A DNA stretch of 58,351 nt, the filler included, from Streblomastix strix (taxonomy: Eukaryota), in NCBI GenBank assembly GCA_008636045.1. It is 3 parts of 3 records of this genome, joined end to end, with 100 filler letters (N's around TTAATTAATTAA, not from the genome) between each part and the next. Parts side by side here need not be neighbours in the genome. Positions count along the whole stretch, not along the records: positions 1 to 19,414 come from SNRW01000515.1; 2 more parts are not named here. One strand, given 5' to 3'. Numbering within the stretch: position 1 is the first letter of the stretch; the number at the start of each line of letters is the position of its first letter. The notes under the pieces were generated by a model. That model had not been told where the DNA came from and ran no database searches. It was given only the letters and a program-made list of their open reading frames with translations. The position numbers and the translations under genes are program-made. Shown here piece by piece: positions 1-14,039 of the stretch.

Positions 1-1650
1 CACCCAAGGTCTTATGGCAATATTACTTCGAGATTTATTCATCCCATTTGTTACAAAAGCTATCACTTCATTTGACTGTAACTCAGAAGCGACAGTAAAT
101 GATGCTGGATAAGAGATTACAAAATCATATTTGAATACAGATAAGTCATTAGGATGTTTCAAAAGCATATTTCAGATTGTCTCATTCATTATTGTATTTA
201 TTCTCCTTCTGTTTCTTTTCATATATAGTGCAGCAGTCAATTTACTTATTTTTACACACAATCAAAAGAATGGAGGCTTTTTCAGTTGCCCCAATGGATT
301 ATTCAATTGTCTTCAAGGGATATTTATATTTAAAATTATATTCAGTCAACGGTTACTTTATGGATGGTAATTCTGAAGAGGAGTTGTAGGCGTATTAGTT
401 CATGGAGTTCTTATATTGATGCTTATAATCTAAAAATCCATATTATTCATTCTGGTCCAACTTCTTAGCTACTACTCCATGGAATATCTTGGCATCGATG
501 AGATTATCCTTCGAGATTGGATATTCAATGGAAGAAGCTACTGATGCAATTTCTCCCAAATTATCTTCTTGGTTTTTGGAAAAGTTTTTTCAGTTATCTT
601 TACTGTTGTTATATACTATGCAATGCGAATGTTGGAAAGAAGAAATTGATTACTTACAAGTCATAGACTTCCTCTTGTTGATATCAGAGTGATTGAATAA
701 TTAAATTAATAATAAACCGAATAAAATGAACAAACACCTCCAATTCTGAGTAAAACACCCAAATCTAAAACAATAGGATTACCAAAACTGAAAAATGAGG
801 AATAATTTGAACCAAGACTCGGGCTCTTATAAGATAAAGATATTCGAATTAATGATTATACTAAATATGCTGATTATATGAATACTCGTTCATTTTTTTT
901 TAAAAGACAGAAGAAGAACGCATTGACTTAGTTCTGATATGGTATCTTCTTATAGTATTACCGCAAAAACTGGATCAACGCATAATCAATATTTATACTC
1001 TCAAGATCATCAAATCCATCAATTCCATTAAGATTTGTATTGTATTGTAAAACAAAAGTAGGAAGAGGATGAAAAGATGGATAAAAAGAATCTAAATTAA
1101 CATCTATAACATTCTTATCTAAGATAGCGCATGCTGAAGAATATTATTAAACAACTAAATTAGGAATGCAAAACTTCAGGTGCTCGTATTAACTTTGGAT
1201 TAATTTACAAATAATTGAAGATAATTGTTGAATCCGAAGTCAAATCTCGGAAATGCTTCGAAGAACTTATGTTGATGCAAACTGGTAATACTGCTGAACT
1301 GAGGAACTATGCAAAGCACCTTTTTGATATCTACAATGATGAAGACACAGCTGAAATGATTCTTTTACAAGCAGAGAAGATCAAAGAAATAAGTACTTAG
1401 AATACAACTAATATTGAAGCATAAAATGAACAAGATCCAGCTGCTTTACCGCAAACTCCTCACCTACCTGCTCCAAATATTAATAAGGGATAATTTAAAC
1501 CGAATTAAGGAGATCAAATGGTGAGTAATGAAAACAGTTACATGCAGATAATTTAATAATAGACGAGCATGTCTGGCATGAATAGGAAGTCAGTAATTAA
1601 AAAGATGAATTAGAAGAAAACAAAAAAAAACAATAGCGGAGATGGTGAAC
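1..1650 (+). pseudogene. TmcB/TmcC-like multipass membrane protein, internal fragment, disrupted
   Basis: With TAR=Gln: hydrophobic TM segments (IVSFIIVFILLLFLFIYSAAVNLLIF; PYYSFWSNFL), then LRFVLYCK and the TPR-like KCFEELM...LRNYAKHLFDIYNDEDTAEMILLQAEKI motif. Contains in-frame TGA and frameshifts; the end is approximate. Confidence 0.65.
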
Positions 1651-2040
1651 AAACTGTTGATCAATAATCAAATTCCAACAACATTTTCCAATCTAACCAC
1701 CCTAATTTAAGCCAAAATACAATGTAACATTAGCCATGTGTGTAAAATCAATTACATCAAAACCAATTGAATATTAATTAGCAATCTCTTGCCTAATTAT
1801 ACTCCATTTTTTCAAATGAGATTCCTAAAATTGGTTTAAATAAATCAAATTTGAATTCATCTGTACCAAAATAAACTACTGAAGCAATGATTATGGATAA
1901 AGAAAAGAAAATCATATCTTAAGAATAATTATGAGAGTAAACAGTTGATTTATTTGATATTATCAACAATGGTGAGTTCAATAATGAACAAACAATTGAA
2001 TAATAATCTGACTTTAAACTTGATTTCTTCTTCGTAATAA

Positions 2041-4500
2041 AAATTTTAAACAAATTCCCAATTAAATAAAGCTTATTCCCCTAAAAGAAGTAAAAAGTAA
2101 AGAACTATATTTGAAAAATATTAATTACTATAAGATTGTAAATAATATACTGGCATCAACGAATAATTTTATAAAGATAGAAATATTCCAGAAGGAACCA
2201 TTTATGGATATTTAAAGGATTGAGTAAATATAGAAAATTTAGTACAGAGTAATTTAATTTCAAAGCACAGAAAATGAAATAGATAAAGTAGCAATTATCT
2301 ATTGGATATAGCATTAGTTATTTGGTTTTGAGAATTTTGATAAAGAAAACCAAACATTAATATTACTAATAGAATTCTTCTTTATGCTGCAACATTACTT
2401 AATGATATTCTGATTGAACTGATTGGATAATATTTAAATATCGATATGACAAAAGATGATTTAAAATAAAAAGTCATATAATAATATTCACTTCAATATC
2501 CAAATAATTCTATATTAGAAAATTGAAATAATAGATTTAAAATAAAAAGAAGAAGATTTTATGGAGAAGGAAGATCTGCTAATTATAGTGCTGCTGAACA
2601 ATGGAAATAAGAATTTTTGCCGATACCATTTGAATTATTTGGAGAAAAGAATATTTTTAACATTGATGAATTGGCAATTATCATTGAATAAGTAATTAGA
2701 TTCTCTTTATCAGAAAAAGATAGATAATAAAAAGGATCTAAAATGAGTAAAAAGAAAGTAACTGCTTTAACAGGAGCATCAATTCTTGGTGATCTTCTTC
2801 CTATTTTAATAATAGCTATATTGAAACAGCCTAGATCATTCAAAATTCATCTAACAAATGGGTTTTTATATGCATTTCAAAAACATGCTTGGATAAATTT
2901 TACTTTTTTCAACTATTTAATAGATAAAAATAATTAAGAGATGAGAAGACAAGGCAGATAAATTGCCATTACAAGCAATAACTGTTCCTCACATGCTATT
3001 TTTCCCAGTGAATATTCTAATGCTTCAATTTTTTATCTTCCACCAAACACCACTTCAATCATTCAGCCTATAGATGCTGGCATAATATATAATTTAAAAG
3101 AGAGATATATGCAGGAATTAAATTACAGAAAATTCTTTGATGAGATTGGAAAGAAATAATAATAACAATATAGTCTTTATGATACATTCGTAATCATTTC
3201 ATAACTTTGGGAATAAACAACGAAACAAACCATTTAACATTGTTTTCTCAAAGCTTGGGTAAAGAATGATTAATAATCAAAACCATAAGTTAATGTCATT
3301 CAATCTAAGTATCAAGAAGCAAAAGAAGAGAAATAAGTTGAAGATGAATTTGAAATTGATGAAGATTAATGTGTAAGAAGTAAAATGACAGAAAGTGATA
3401 TTTACCTATATATTATAAATACAAATGATGAATTTAACAGTAATGAAGAAGAATAAGTAGAAGATGAAGAATTAGATTAGCGGCTAACCTGCACATCACA
3501 AGAAGCATTACTTGCAGTTCATTATTTACAATTATATTTAAAAGATAAAAAATATTACAATAGTATGAACTTATTGAGATATAATATTCAACTGGAATTC
3601 AAATAACATCTTCAATAGCCAACACTTTCACCAGTTTCTTTAGATAAGTCAAATTTTAAATAATTATGTTAAATGTAAAACAAACTGAAAGATGATATTA
3701 ATCAATTAAATTATGAATATAATAATATAATAATATAATAATAAAAGATAATGAAAATGATGTAAATCAATAAAATATATAAACAAAATTTTTTTTTAGA
3801 TATTGAACAAATTCTTCCAGATAATAATAAAGAGTAATTTGACAGTAAAACACTTAATGATATTCAATAAAGAAATACTTAAATTGGAAATAAATAATAA
3901 AGAATAACTAAATTTTTCCAATATTCATTATCCGGTAAAGATTCAGTTGATAATATTATTAATAATAACATATAAATAGTTATAGATCAAAGTAATAAAT
4001 CAATCCCAAATTAATAAAAATATGAATAATTAAATAAAATTTAGGGGTAATAATATAAGAATATTGATAATATTGGTGGGGGCCATTGTCTTTTTTAGTA
4101 TGAAAAATTTTATATAAAACTTAATGGTTTCTTTAAACATTAATTGTTTTATTTAAATTATTATTTGTTAAATAATGCACTATGTGATCAATTAGGGATT
4201 GATGAGATTGAACAATAGAAATTAAGATAAATTTCCGTCGATTACATATTAAAACACCCTAACTGTTTTCCTCACATCCTTGATTTGAATAAATTAATTG
4301 AGGATAGAATTATATCATTGATAGATCGAGGGTGGGGTAGAGATGAAAGTGTCGAAGCAATAAGTCAGAAATATGAAGTTTAAATTTGGGTACATGACAT
4401 TTATAGATAAATCAATAAATTTGATAAAGATTTTATAGAAAAAAAGAACTTCACCTTGGAAATATAGGATTTTGCCATTATCTCTCTATGAGAGATAAAT
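2041..4500 (+). pseudogene. pogo/Tigger-family transposase (HTH-HTH-DDD) fused to PIP box and C-terminal OTU cysteine protease domain
   Basis: Frame +1: RTIFEKYQLL..IPEGTIYGYLK (HTH), LDIALVIWF (CENP-B HTH), RRRFYGE, IFNIDE (D at 2665), SKKKVTAL, SNNCSSH (expected D is N at 2977), YLPPNTTSIIQPIDAGII (D at 3073), QQRITKFF (~3895), GGGHCLF/ALCDQL..LRQISVDYI..GWG..EAISQKY..LHLG..HY. TGAs at 2221, 2275, 2329, 2338, 2524. Confidence 0.88.
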
Positions 4501-4680
4501 AATTAATTTAGTATCATGAAAGTTATATTTAAACTTCAAATTAATTTTAATTACTATGTATAATAAATAACATATAAATAAGTGGAAAATATTTTTTAAA
4601 AAATTTATTTAAATTTATTTAAAAATAAATTTTTTTTATAATTTTTTTAATGAAATATAATGGACCTTTCTAAAAAAAAT

Positions 4681-4825
4681 ACTGCGAATTACATTTTTGG
4701 CTACTGCTAATTAAATGATAAAAATTAAGCAATAATTGAAAAATATATATGCATTTTTTTAAGAAAACTGCGAATTAAATCATTTGCGAATTATAAGATA
4801 TTTAAATTAACCGATATTGACTGTA
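4681..4825 (-). mobile_element. Right terminus of the pogo-like element (TIR plus TA) with subterminal repeats
   Basis: Minus strand reads TA|CAGTCAATATCGGTTAATTTAAATATCTTATAATTCGCA, a pogo-type CAGT start ending at 4823 with TA at 4824-4825. There are four copies of (C/T)TGC(G/T)AATTA between 4682 and 4793. No left TIR was found. Confidence 0.7.
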
Positions 4826-5409
4826 TATGATTTTTTGCGATATTCACAACTATTTTCTTCTTGGTTGTGTTCATCCAACCTCTCCCATCAATTTATGGGT
4901 GAAATGGGTGAGATAATGGCCCATTTGGCCATATTTCTCCAAAGTTACGTCTTCCGATTAAATTATAATACACACACGAATAAGCGAATTATCAGTATTC
5001 AAAAACATAAAAGAATAGATTAAATTTTTTCGCCAATCTACCTGTCCAACCTCTTCAATAATATTTTTGGAGTAAAAAATGGCCCAATTGACTCTTTTGC
5101 TCAAAAGTAGAGTTTATTCATTCAAATTAATATATTTTTTCAAATAATATGATTAATTTAATTCCAAAACATTATAAATTACATTTTATTTTTTACCAGA
5201 TCTGCTAAATTAGCATCTCCAAATAGATTTTTGCAAAAAATTTTTTAACTAGACCTTTTCTAATTAATTTCTATTTCAAACAAATAGCACTTAATAATTT
5301 GATAACATTTACATATTTATAATAATTATTATATACTTTAACATTTTTTAGTTCAAAAGGTAAGAAACAATAAGATTTTTTAATATTTGAATTATTTGGG
5401 TTAAAATTG

Positions 5410-6230
5410 AATCAGTGGGTGGGTAATTTTATTTTGTTGGGTGGCAATGTCACCATCTACTGTTGTGTAAGATTGAAATAAAGTTAGACGTAATCTATTT
5501 GAATTAACAATCTTTGAAAAAAGAGTAATTCTTATTGATAATATCTAGATAAGAGATCTTCCTGAATAAGTTGGGTTAAACAAACTATATCTATAAGTAA
5601 ATTTCCGTCTGAGTGATACTAGTTGAGTTTTCCTCCTACAAGATAGACTTGTAATTAAGAATTCATCAATGAAAAAATACAGTTGAATAATGAATCTAAT
5701 AATAAACTTATAATGGGTGAGTTGTAATTCAAAGTTTTTGTTCGATGCGAGAACTTATATGCTTAACTGCGTAGTCACTTATTTATGTTTTTACTCTTAC
5801 CCATCATTTGTTTATGGGGAGTTTCTCTTGCTAGCTCTCTTCTAACCCACTTTATATGTTCCAAACAGCACTTTGTCTAATTTTTTCTGCTGGATATCCT
5901 GTTGTGTGTCCAGATTTATCAATTTTTTCTACCTTTCTTTTTTGTTATTCGTAATGGCCATCCCATTGTAAACATTGTTTAGGGAATGGTGAGAAGAATC
6001 ACTTCAAATAGTTGATGGCAACCACTCAATAAAGGCGAAATTGTCGTATATTATTACATATTCTCTAAAAAAATATCGATATCTCAATAACTTTCAAATT
6101 AGCATCTATAAATCAGTTCAAAAACCTAAGAGTCAAAGGTAATATAACATTAATTTATTAAACATGCTTCTGGAGTTAATATCGTTGCTCTGAAAGGTAG
6201 ATTGTTCTGAATCCTCGTTTTCCATCAAAA
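5410..6230 (-). pseudogene. Degenerate ORF of unknown function
   Basis: The minus frame reads as ~270 codons of protein-like sequence (MENEDSEQSTF...) with five TGAs clustered near its 5' end. No recognisable domain. Confidence 0.3.
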
Positions 6231-6589
6231 ATTTTCTTTTAGCATTTATCAGTTTAATCCCTCTTAACTATTTCAATTGTCTTTATTGACTCTGTCTGAC
6301 TTAGCTTTGTTTAAAATTCTAAGAACAGTATAAATTAAATTTTAAATTACAAATTTTTTTCATCATGCGACGATCCAATAAAACTCTATTAAAGTAAGCA
6401 TTACGTCTTTGTTGATTGAAATAAAAAATTCTTTATAATTGAATATGAAAGATAGAACAAATAATATTAATTTATTTATTAAATATTTTTTTATTTTATA
6501 ACATGAATCGCACTTATTTCGATAACTAATTAACTATAATTAGAATAAAATGAGATAAGAGGGAAAGTAGAATAAAATAATAAATAAGA

Positions 6590-9110
6590 GAATGCGATAT
6601 GTAAAACAGCACTCATCTTCTTTTAAACAGCATTTTCTCTGCATACTTATGAACAGAGATAATTTTCTGGAATATTAAATGCGGCAAATCGTTTGATATC
6701 ACCAGCTTCAATTGATGGTAGTAATGATCCTGAAGTAAATTCTTTGTTTTTCTCATTTGACTGAAGATTAGTTTTTGATGATTTTACAACAATATCTTCT
6801 TTCTTCGTACTCTCTGGTCCTCTATTATCATGTTATTTTTTATCTGATTTTTTAGATTTATTCTTTTTATTTATTTGGTCTTAGTTTTCATTTATTCTGG
6901 TGTTTTATCATTTTATTTAATTTTTAATAATTTTGACTTCTTCATTTCTTCTGCATCCATTAGTTAATATTTCATTTCCCCGTTGTTGTCCATCTCAGCG
7001 AATACTACCAATCCTTAAATAGAAGGAATATTTAATTCAGAGCTTATGCTGTAATTCTTGACCTTAGCAGGAGGATATGAGTCTAATAACTTCACTTTGA
7101 TGACGTCATTCTATTTATTTTGTTTCTGATTATCACTTGATTTATCAGATAAATCTTCAAATGTTGATTGTTTTGTTTGTTTCTTCTTACTTTACCTCTA
7201 TGTTGTTTGTTTTCTTTTGTTTTCTTTCTTTTTCTCATTAGAATTGGAGAAAAAAGAACTTGAGGTATATTTTGAAGATGATGAAGATGATGATGAGGAT
7301 GAAGATGAAGAAGAGGATGATGTTTATTCTTCAGATGCAGTCGTACTATCTGTCTAATCATTAGACTGTTCTTCCTCTTGATATTCATCAGGCCATGGTG
7401 AATCTTTTATATCTTTTTTATTGGAATGTTTGGCTGATGATCTTTTTTGCTTCAATTTCGCTTCACTCCCAGTGGCTTACTTCTTGGAACTTATATCTGA
7501 ACTCTGCACGCTCTGACTATCATTTCCAGATTCATTCTTTGTATTGAATTTATTTTTATTATGATTCTAATTTTTAGTATTAGTTGATATTATTTATATT
7601 TCAGATCCTTCGTATTCATTTTCATTCAACTGTCAACCGTTCAACGAAATTCTTTACACGACTTTCTGATAATTAATAAGTTTATGAATAGATTTATAAA
7701 ATAAATTTAAAGAATTTTTTATATATTTGTAATAATCAATGAATTAATTCAAATAATATTATACGGAATTCTGCGAATTATCCTACAAATCTTCTCCAAT
7801 GATTTTCAAATTAACATCATCTTTTTACTTATTTTTTTTATCCTTATTAAATTTCTCTTTAGATTTGCTCAGAACATTCGATTTCTGATCTATTTCTCTG
7901 CTTCGTTTTGATGTTTTCTCAGATTTATTTGATTTATTTCTTGATTTTGTTTCTTTTTGACTTTTGCTCTTCTTTCTTTTGGCTTGTTTTCTTTCCTTCA
8001 AATCTTCTTCTTCTTTTCCATCTTTTTATGACGAGCTTGAGGCTTCTTCTACAAATGATGAATCAGAATCAGAACTGTCATTGGATGATGTTGCGCTTTA
8101 TGAAAAATCTGAAGAAAGAGATTAACTTTTTTGTGATTTAATGCTCGTTTTCTTTGATTTTCTTCTTTTTTCTTAATCTTTTCTGCTCTTCGATTTAATA
8201 TTTCATTCCTATCTTTGTTTTGACGATTTTCTTGTATCTTTACTCTGATGTTCTGATTTCTTAGTATTCATATTCATTTCATCTTTCAGTGGTTCTAGAT
8301 CTTTCTTTTTCAAATTAGTATCAGATCTTTTGGCAGAATGCTACTTGGACCCATCTTATTCTTTAGATGAACTTTTCTATTTTATATCTTTCTATTCAAT
8401 ATCTGCTTGATCTCGAACTAAACATCTTCCAGCATTGTGAGTGGCTGTAATACTGTGATCTGACGGACCTCTTTGTTCAATATCCGAATCTGTGAAGAAT
8501 GATGTGTCGGTTTCAAGTCTATTTCCTTGTTTCTTTATTTTATGATCAGTTTATTCTTATTATTAATCTTCATTAATAGAAGTTACATCAATATCTGTCG
8601 TATTAGTATTACTTTCATTGCGATATTATTCAGATTATTATCATTTATTCTTATTCCTAACATATAAAGCAATGAGGATGATAATATCAATTGCAATAAT
8701 TATCACAACAACTGGCACTACAATAGCAACAATAAGAGTAGTTTTCTTTTTTTTCTCTTTAACTTCTTGCGCATCTTTACCAGGTTTAATTATTTCAGTT
8801 TCATAACTTGGATCAAAAGGTTCATCTGGAATTATTCCGATTACTGTAGATAAGGAAGTTACCCACGATGTTTATTCCCTATTTACAAATTCATATATAC
8901 CGACCTCCCATTCAACGGAATAATCAAGATCTTACAATAGAGTATATGGAAATTGGAAGATGATATTCTCTGAATCAATCCAATTGACTGTACTTGAAAT
9001 ACTTTCAATACCGAATTCTAAAGTTACTCTGCGCTCATCTTTATTCTTTTCATGCAGTTCAAGTACAAGAGTTCGTAAGTACGGTTCGAAAAATTTTAAT
9101 ATTTGGATCA
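6590..9110 (-). pseudogene. Type I membrane/surface protein 3' part (TM helix plus long Lys/Ser/Asp-rich tail), disrupted
   Basis: FEPYLRTLVLELHEKNK..VNWIDSENIIFQFPY..KKKKTTLIVAIVVPVVVIIIAIDIIILIALYVRNKNK followed by TGA (8641-8643). Open low-complexity coding sequence continues past it, with another TGA and an intron at ~7670-7765. Confidence 0.6.
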
Positions 9111-9921
9111 AAAGTTATATTTATTTTCACATAAAATATTTACAGAAATTATTACTGAAATGAATAATTTTATTTTTTTATTAGTCACAACTTTTGAGAC
9201 AGACCGTTTGTATGTTAAAACTGTATCAATTTAAAATAAATTTTAATCAATATAATGCTTTGAAATAAAATTTTTTTAAATCAATTTTTTAATATTATCT
9301 TTGAAAAATTTTAGTTAAATGTAGTATAAATAGTGTCAAAATTCAAGATTTATTAAGAAATAATACAAATTTGGCAGATTTTAATAATATTTGAGAAGAA
9401 ATTTAAAAATTATAAAAAATATGAAAATTTTTTCTGTAATAAAATTTTTATCAGTTTAATTATAATTATAATTTAGATGAAAATTAATATGATGTGTATA
9501 ATAAAAATATTTGACATAATAAAAGTTAAAATATAAAATGTTTAACGAAATTTATGCTATAATGATATGAAAAAAATAAACTAATTTCAACTAAATAATT
9601 TAATTTATTTAACTTAATTTCAATAATAAATTTAGAAATGTAAAACACTTCAATTTGATGATGCATTAGGAAAACTAATTAAAAATTTCACGCTTGCTCA
9701 TAAACAATAATTGATTTGTTTGGTATAGAAAATTATTATTATAAAAAACTTTAGAGATAAAAAAATTTTAAATCGGCAAACATTTTTTAGGTTTTCAAAC
9801 GTCCATTTTACGATCAATAATGAATTTTCAAATTTTTGAAGCAAAGAATTATTTAATGTATAGACTGATGTAACATATATATTATTTGCGACTTTTGTTA
9901 TTAAAATTACTTAAAATTCAA

Positions 9922-12900
9922 TAGCGTTCTTTTTAAGAAATTTGTACCGGTCTCCAATTTTTTTTGCGGGTCTCCATTATGTTTTAATTTAATAAATCTT
10001 TATTCAAAACAAATTTCACTCATAAATAAAACCATTCGAATCAAATATACTTAACTAACATAACTCAAACTTTTCGGTATATGTATTTGTTTGAAATGAT
10101 TCAACTATATCTTCTTTATACCCACCCATTCTTCTATCCTTTGCATAATACCATTGCTCAGCTATTTCTCTTGCTTTTTATTTTGATATATTTCTCCATC
10201 TATTCATTTTTATGTTCATTAACCATTAAAGTATGTGAGTTCCTAATTTATTTCTGTCCAATGGTTTTATCCTTTTCATTTATGAAAAACCACGCTCTGG
10301 CCAGCAATTGTTAACTGGAATTGAAATACAAGCTTTGGAAAGAAATTAAAAGGATGGAAATCTGTCAAAAGCATTATCTTTCCTTTTAGCAATAGTTTGA
10401 CATCCATCTGTTTGCTTGCAATTTACAAATACACTTCGTGACACAAGCATCTCTATTATTCCTCTCCACTCTAAAAAAGTTTATCTTTTCTTATATTATT
10501 AAGTTGCTTATGATACAACTGCAGCAATTAATCCAACTGGTTTAAACCATATTCATGATTGTCTTTACTAATTAATGCTAATTACTGATCGAAGATTGAA
10601 AAGTTAGACAGAAACTTTTAATAATCCAGCCTTTAACTAATATATTGAATTGTTGCATCAATATATTTGCATGATGTGATTTTTAACCAATTGATGTCAT
10701 TGCCGTCATGTTAAAATGTAAGCAATGCCTTTTCAGACACTTTTGAATTCATTTCATTATCCTTTTAAGTATCACTTGAACTTTTCTCTTATTAGCTTTA
10801 TTTTACTTCATCTTTCTCCATTTATTATTCATTTTATTGAAGTAACACCTCTCTAATTGCTTTAGATTTTGCTTTGTTTTTATTCAAATCTTCAGCAGCT
10901 ATTTAGTATGTATGCCAATTTTCATTCACTTCTTTAGTTATTAATTAGTTGTCTCTAATTCTTAAAAGTTCTTTTTTGCCTGATTCAATTGCTGATGGAA
11001 TCTAACTATAAACTAATGTTCCTTACTAGAAAACAAGGGATAGTCTCTTTATGTGAAATAAGACATTCTTAAGTATATATAAAGACATAATAAATTTCTT
11101 CTTCATTGTCTGATGTAATAATCTTTTTGCCGATGAATCTCTTCTTTCAATCCATATTTAATTCAGTGCAATCCAAATGGATGTTAGTTCATTTACTGTT
11201 GCAGTTACTGAATCATAACATGAAAGCTATCTAGTTGGAACTAATCTTTTGAGTTTAACCTATTCATCTTCATTTAAGCAATGAATTTATACTAAAATAG
11301 CATCATGAAGTGAAGACGCAGCGAAGTAGTGCCACAATTGTTAAGTTACTGTTTCCGTGGTGCGAAGATGTTGCAATTAAATACCTTTTATGGCGTCTAA
11401 TGCTGCTAAGTTTAGCCTATGAGCTATGCAATGAATTATTATAATAAATGCAAACAATTCGTTCATTTTTGATGTCATTGAATGATGGCAGCCTATCATA
11501 GAAGCGGCTCCATCAGCACACTTAACTGTAAGATAATCTAAATTTAATCCAAGATCGGCACACACTTCTCATAGAGTGTCAAATAAATTATCAGCTGTTG
11601 CACCTTTATATGAAAGAGGACGAATATCCAGAAATTTAGTTTAAGAATTTCCATTTTCATCCAAAAGTCGAATAAATGTAGCAAATTGATTTAATGAAGC
11701 AACATCAGTGATTTCATCAACACATAAACTAAATTGTTTTGCATCATTTACTTAAATCATTAATTCTTTTTGTAATAATCCGAAATATACTTTATAAACT
11801 CCGCAATTGCTGTGAATGAAATGTTACCAAAATCTTTTAAAATTTTTGAATTTGTAATAGATGCAATGAGTTACTGTTGTTCTTCACATTTGTTATTAGA
11901 AATCTCGTTTCTGGTGATGAAATAAATTGATTCTATTTAATCAGCTGCGCATTAAATCATTGATCTTTTGAATAATTTTGCTTATTATGTTATTATAGAA
12001 GTTTATTAATCTTTTATTGTCGACAAAGCATTTAAATGATTATTTGATGTTAAGTGATTTCTTAATAACTTTTTTTCAGATGGAAGTGCATCTTCGCTCA
12101 CACATACTTTGTTTGTTAAGTGCTTTGGATCAAGAACATCTTCACAAATAGTACACATCAGCCCACCATTTGCTGGATTGTTCAATCTAAATATTTATTT
12201 GCCATTCTTATCAGCAAATTCTTTTTCATGAATCCATTCTTCTTTGAATATTTTATCTTTCGGTTAAATTTATTCTGTTTTCCTTTTTATAATGTCTTTT
12301 TCCCAACTAAACCAGTTTTGTCTTTCTTTTCATCTGTTTCATTTTTTATTAATCTAATTTTTACTTTTTTCTCTTTTTTGTCCTTCTGCGTTTTGCTGTT
12401 TGTTCCTTTAATTTTATCTTAATTAATTACAATCGAATTAATACTTTCTTTATTTTCATCTTTTTCAATTTCAGATATGTTAATGTTTTCTTCCTTTTCA
12501 TCATATTCAATCTCAAATTATCTAATATATTTTCTATTTTGATTTTTATCAATCTAATTTTAGCTAATATTTTGTTTGTTTATGTCTTGCTCAATTTTAA
12601 TCGAATTAATCATTTCTATCTTTCCATCCTTAATAATTTCATTTTAACGAATATTTTCTTCTATTTCCTCTAATTTATTCTCTGATTAACTAATTTTTAC
12701 TCTCTTTACACCCACATCGCTTTCATTCAATCCAAAAGAAAAATATCCTCTTTTGACAGCAACTATTTAAGCATATATATAAATATATTAAACAATTTAT
12801 CATATAAAACAGTAAAATGTAGATTTATATATTATTATACAGCATATTTAATATTTTAATAAGTTATACCTGATTTGAGCTTCAATAATTATTAATCTTC

Positions 12901-14039
12901 CTAATCATCATCGTGTAATTTTGATTTAATACTTTGTTTTAATTCTTTAGATTCAGATTGCTTTATAAAATTCAGTTTAAGCTAATCTATAAAATTTAAA
13001 AACATAATTAACGATTATCAAACAAAATTATTTAAATAAATTCAAACGTTGTTTCTTGTTGGAAGATGTTCTTATCATTTCAGGCTCCTTATCCTTTTGC
13101 ATTGAAGTATTTCCATTGCTGTAAGTTAAGCCAAGATTAACGTTATTGCAATTTTTTAAATTCATTGCAGAATTTCTGAAACTAAAGTAAATAAATTAGG
13201 AAAAAATAAAGAATTTAGTTTAATAAATACGTCAACATTGAATTTATATAAATATTTGTATAATAAATTAAATTTAAACAATGAAATTGTTCAATTTATT
13301 TGTATAAGAAATAAAAACCAAAAAAAATTAAAAAATGAAAATTTATTGAAACAACATTATATTTTCAATATAAATTAATGATGAAATTTTAAAAATAAAA
13401 ATAATTAATTTAAAATGAAAAAAAGACTATAACTGTTATAAATGTACTTTAAATTCATGAGCAAAACATCAATTTATAAAAAAAAGTTAAATTGTGAAAA
13501 TCGTTATGAAATAAATTATTTATAACAGTAAAATTGATTAATAATGAATACTTTGAATATTTCTCATGCATATTAATTAGTAATTAAATAAATACGATAT
13601 TATGACTTATGAAAACCTTTGTATTTTGTGCATAAACATATTGTATGTATTATTTATTCAAAATAATATCAATTTAAATTATATAAATTTAGTAAATATT
13701 TAATTAAAAAGTATAGAATACATCTTTTTCAAAGAAATAAAAATAAAAATAAGCAACTCAAGCAATTTTCGCAGGAAAATTAAATGTTTATTACTATTCA
13801 TCATTCTAATTTGTATAATTTAATAAAACTTTTCTTTATTTTTTTCATTTTATTATCATTATTATTTTTTTTCTTTTTTCTTTTTATTTTTTCTTTTTTC
13901 TTTTTTTTCTTTTCTTTTCCCCGCCTTTCACGCTTGAATACTACTCTATATGCACAAAAAATGCTGGTCGCATTTTAGGTCTAATTTCTGTTTTGTGGGT
14001 CTCCAAAAGCGACCCGCAAAACCCTTAAAAGGAACGCTG
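9922..14039 (-). mobile_element. hAT DNA transposon, ~4.1 kb, with TIRs
   Basis: Left end TAGCGTTCTTTTTAAG (9922) matches the right-end reverse complement CAGCGTTCCTTTTAAG (ends 14039). GGTCTCCA subterminal motifs occur at both ends, enclosing a hAT transposase. No clean 8-bp TSD. Confidence 0.85.
10050..13165 (-). pseudogene. hAT transposase (ZNF862-like), intron-containing, inactivated
   Basis: Zn finger CTIC..HLTSNNH, LCVDEITD, CADGAASMIG, IHCIAHRLNLA, PTR(Q)LS (conserved Trp is TAG), PVNNCWPERGFS dimerisation motif. TGA at 11569-11571 plus frameshifts; 5' exons are separated by GT-AG introns. Confidence 0.9.

Noticed and set aside
4870..5095. Short direct repeat TCCAACCTCT...AATGGCCCA ~170 bp apart
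   Set aside because: Only two diverged copies; not a CRISPR array and no assignable function.
9182..9207. Tc1/mariner-like TIR (reverse complement ACGGTCTGTCTCAAAAGTTGTGACTA)
   Set aside because: No partner TIR, TA target site or transposase seen.
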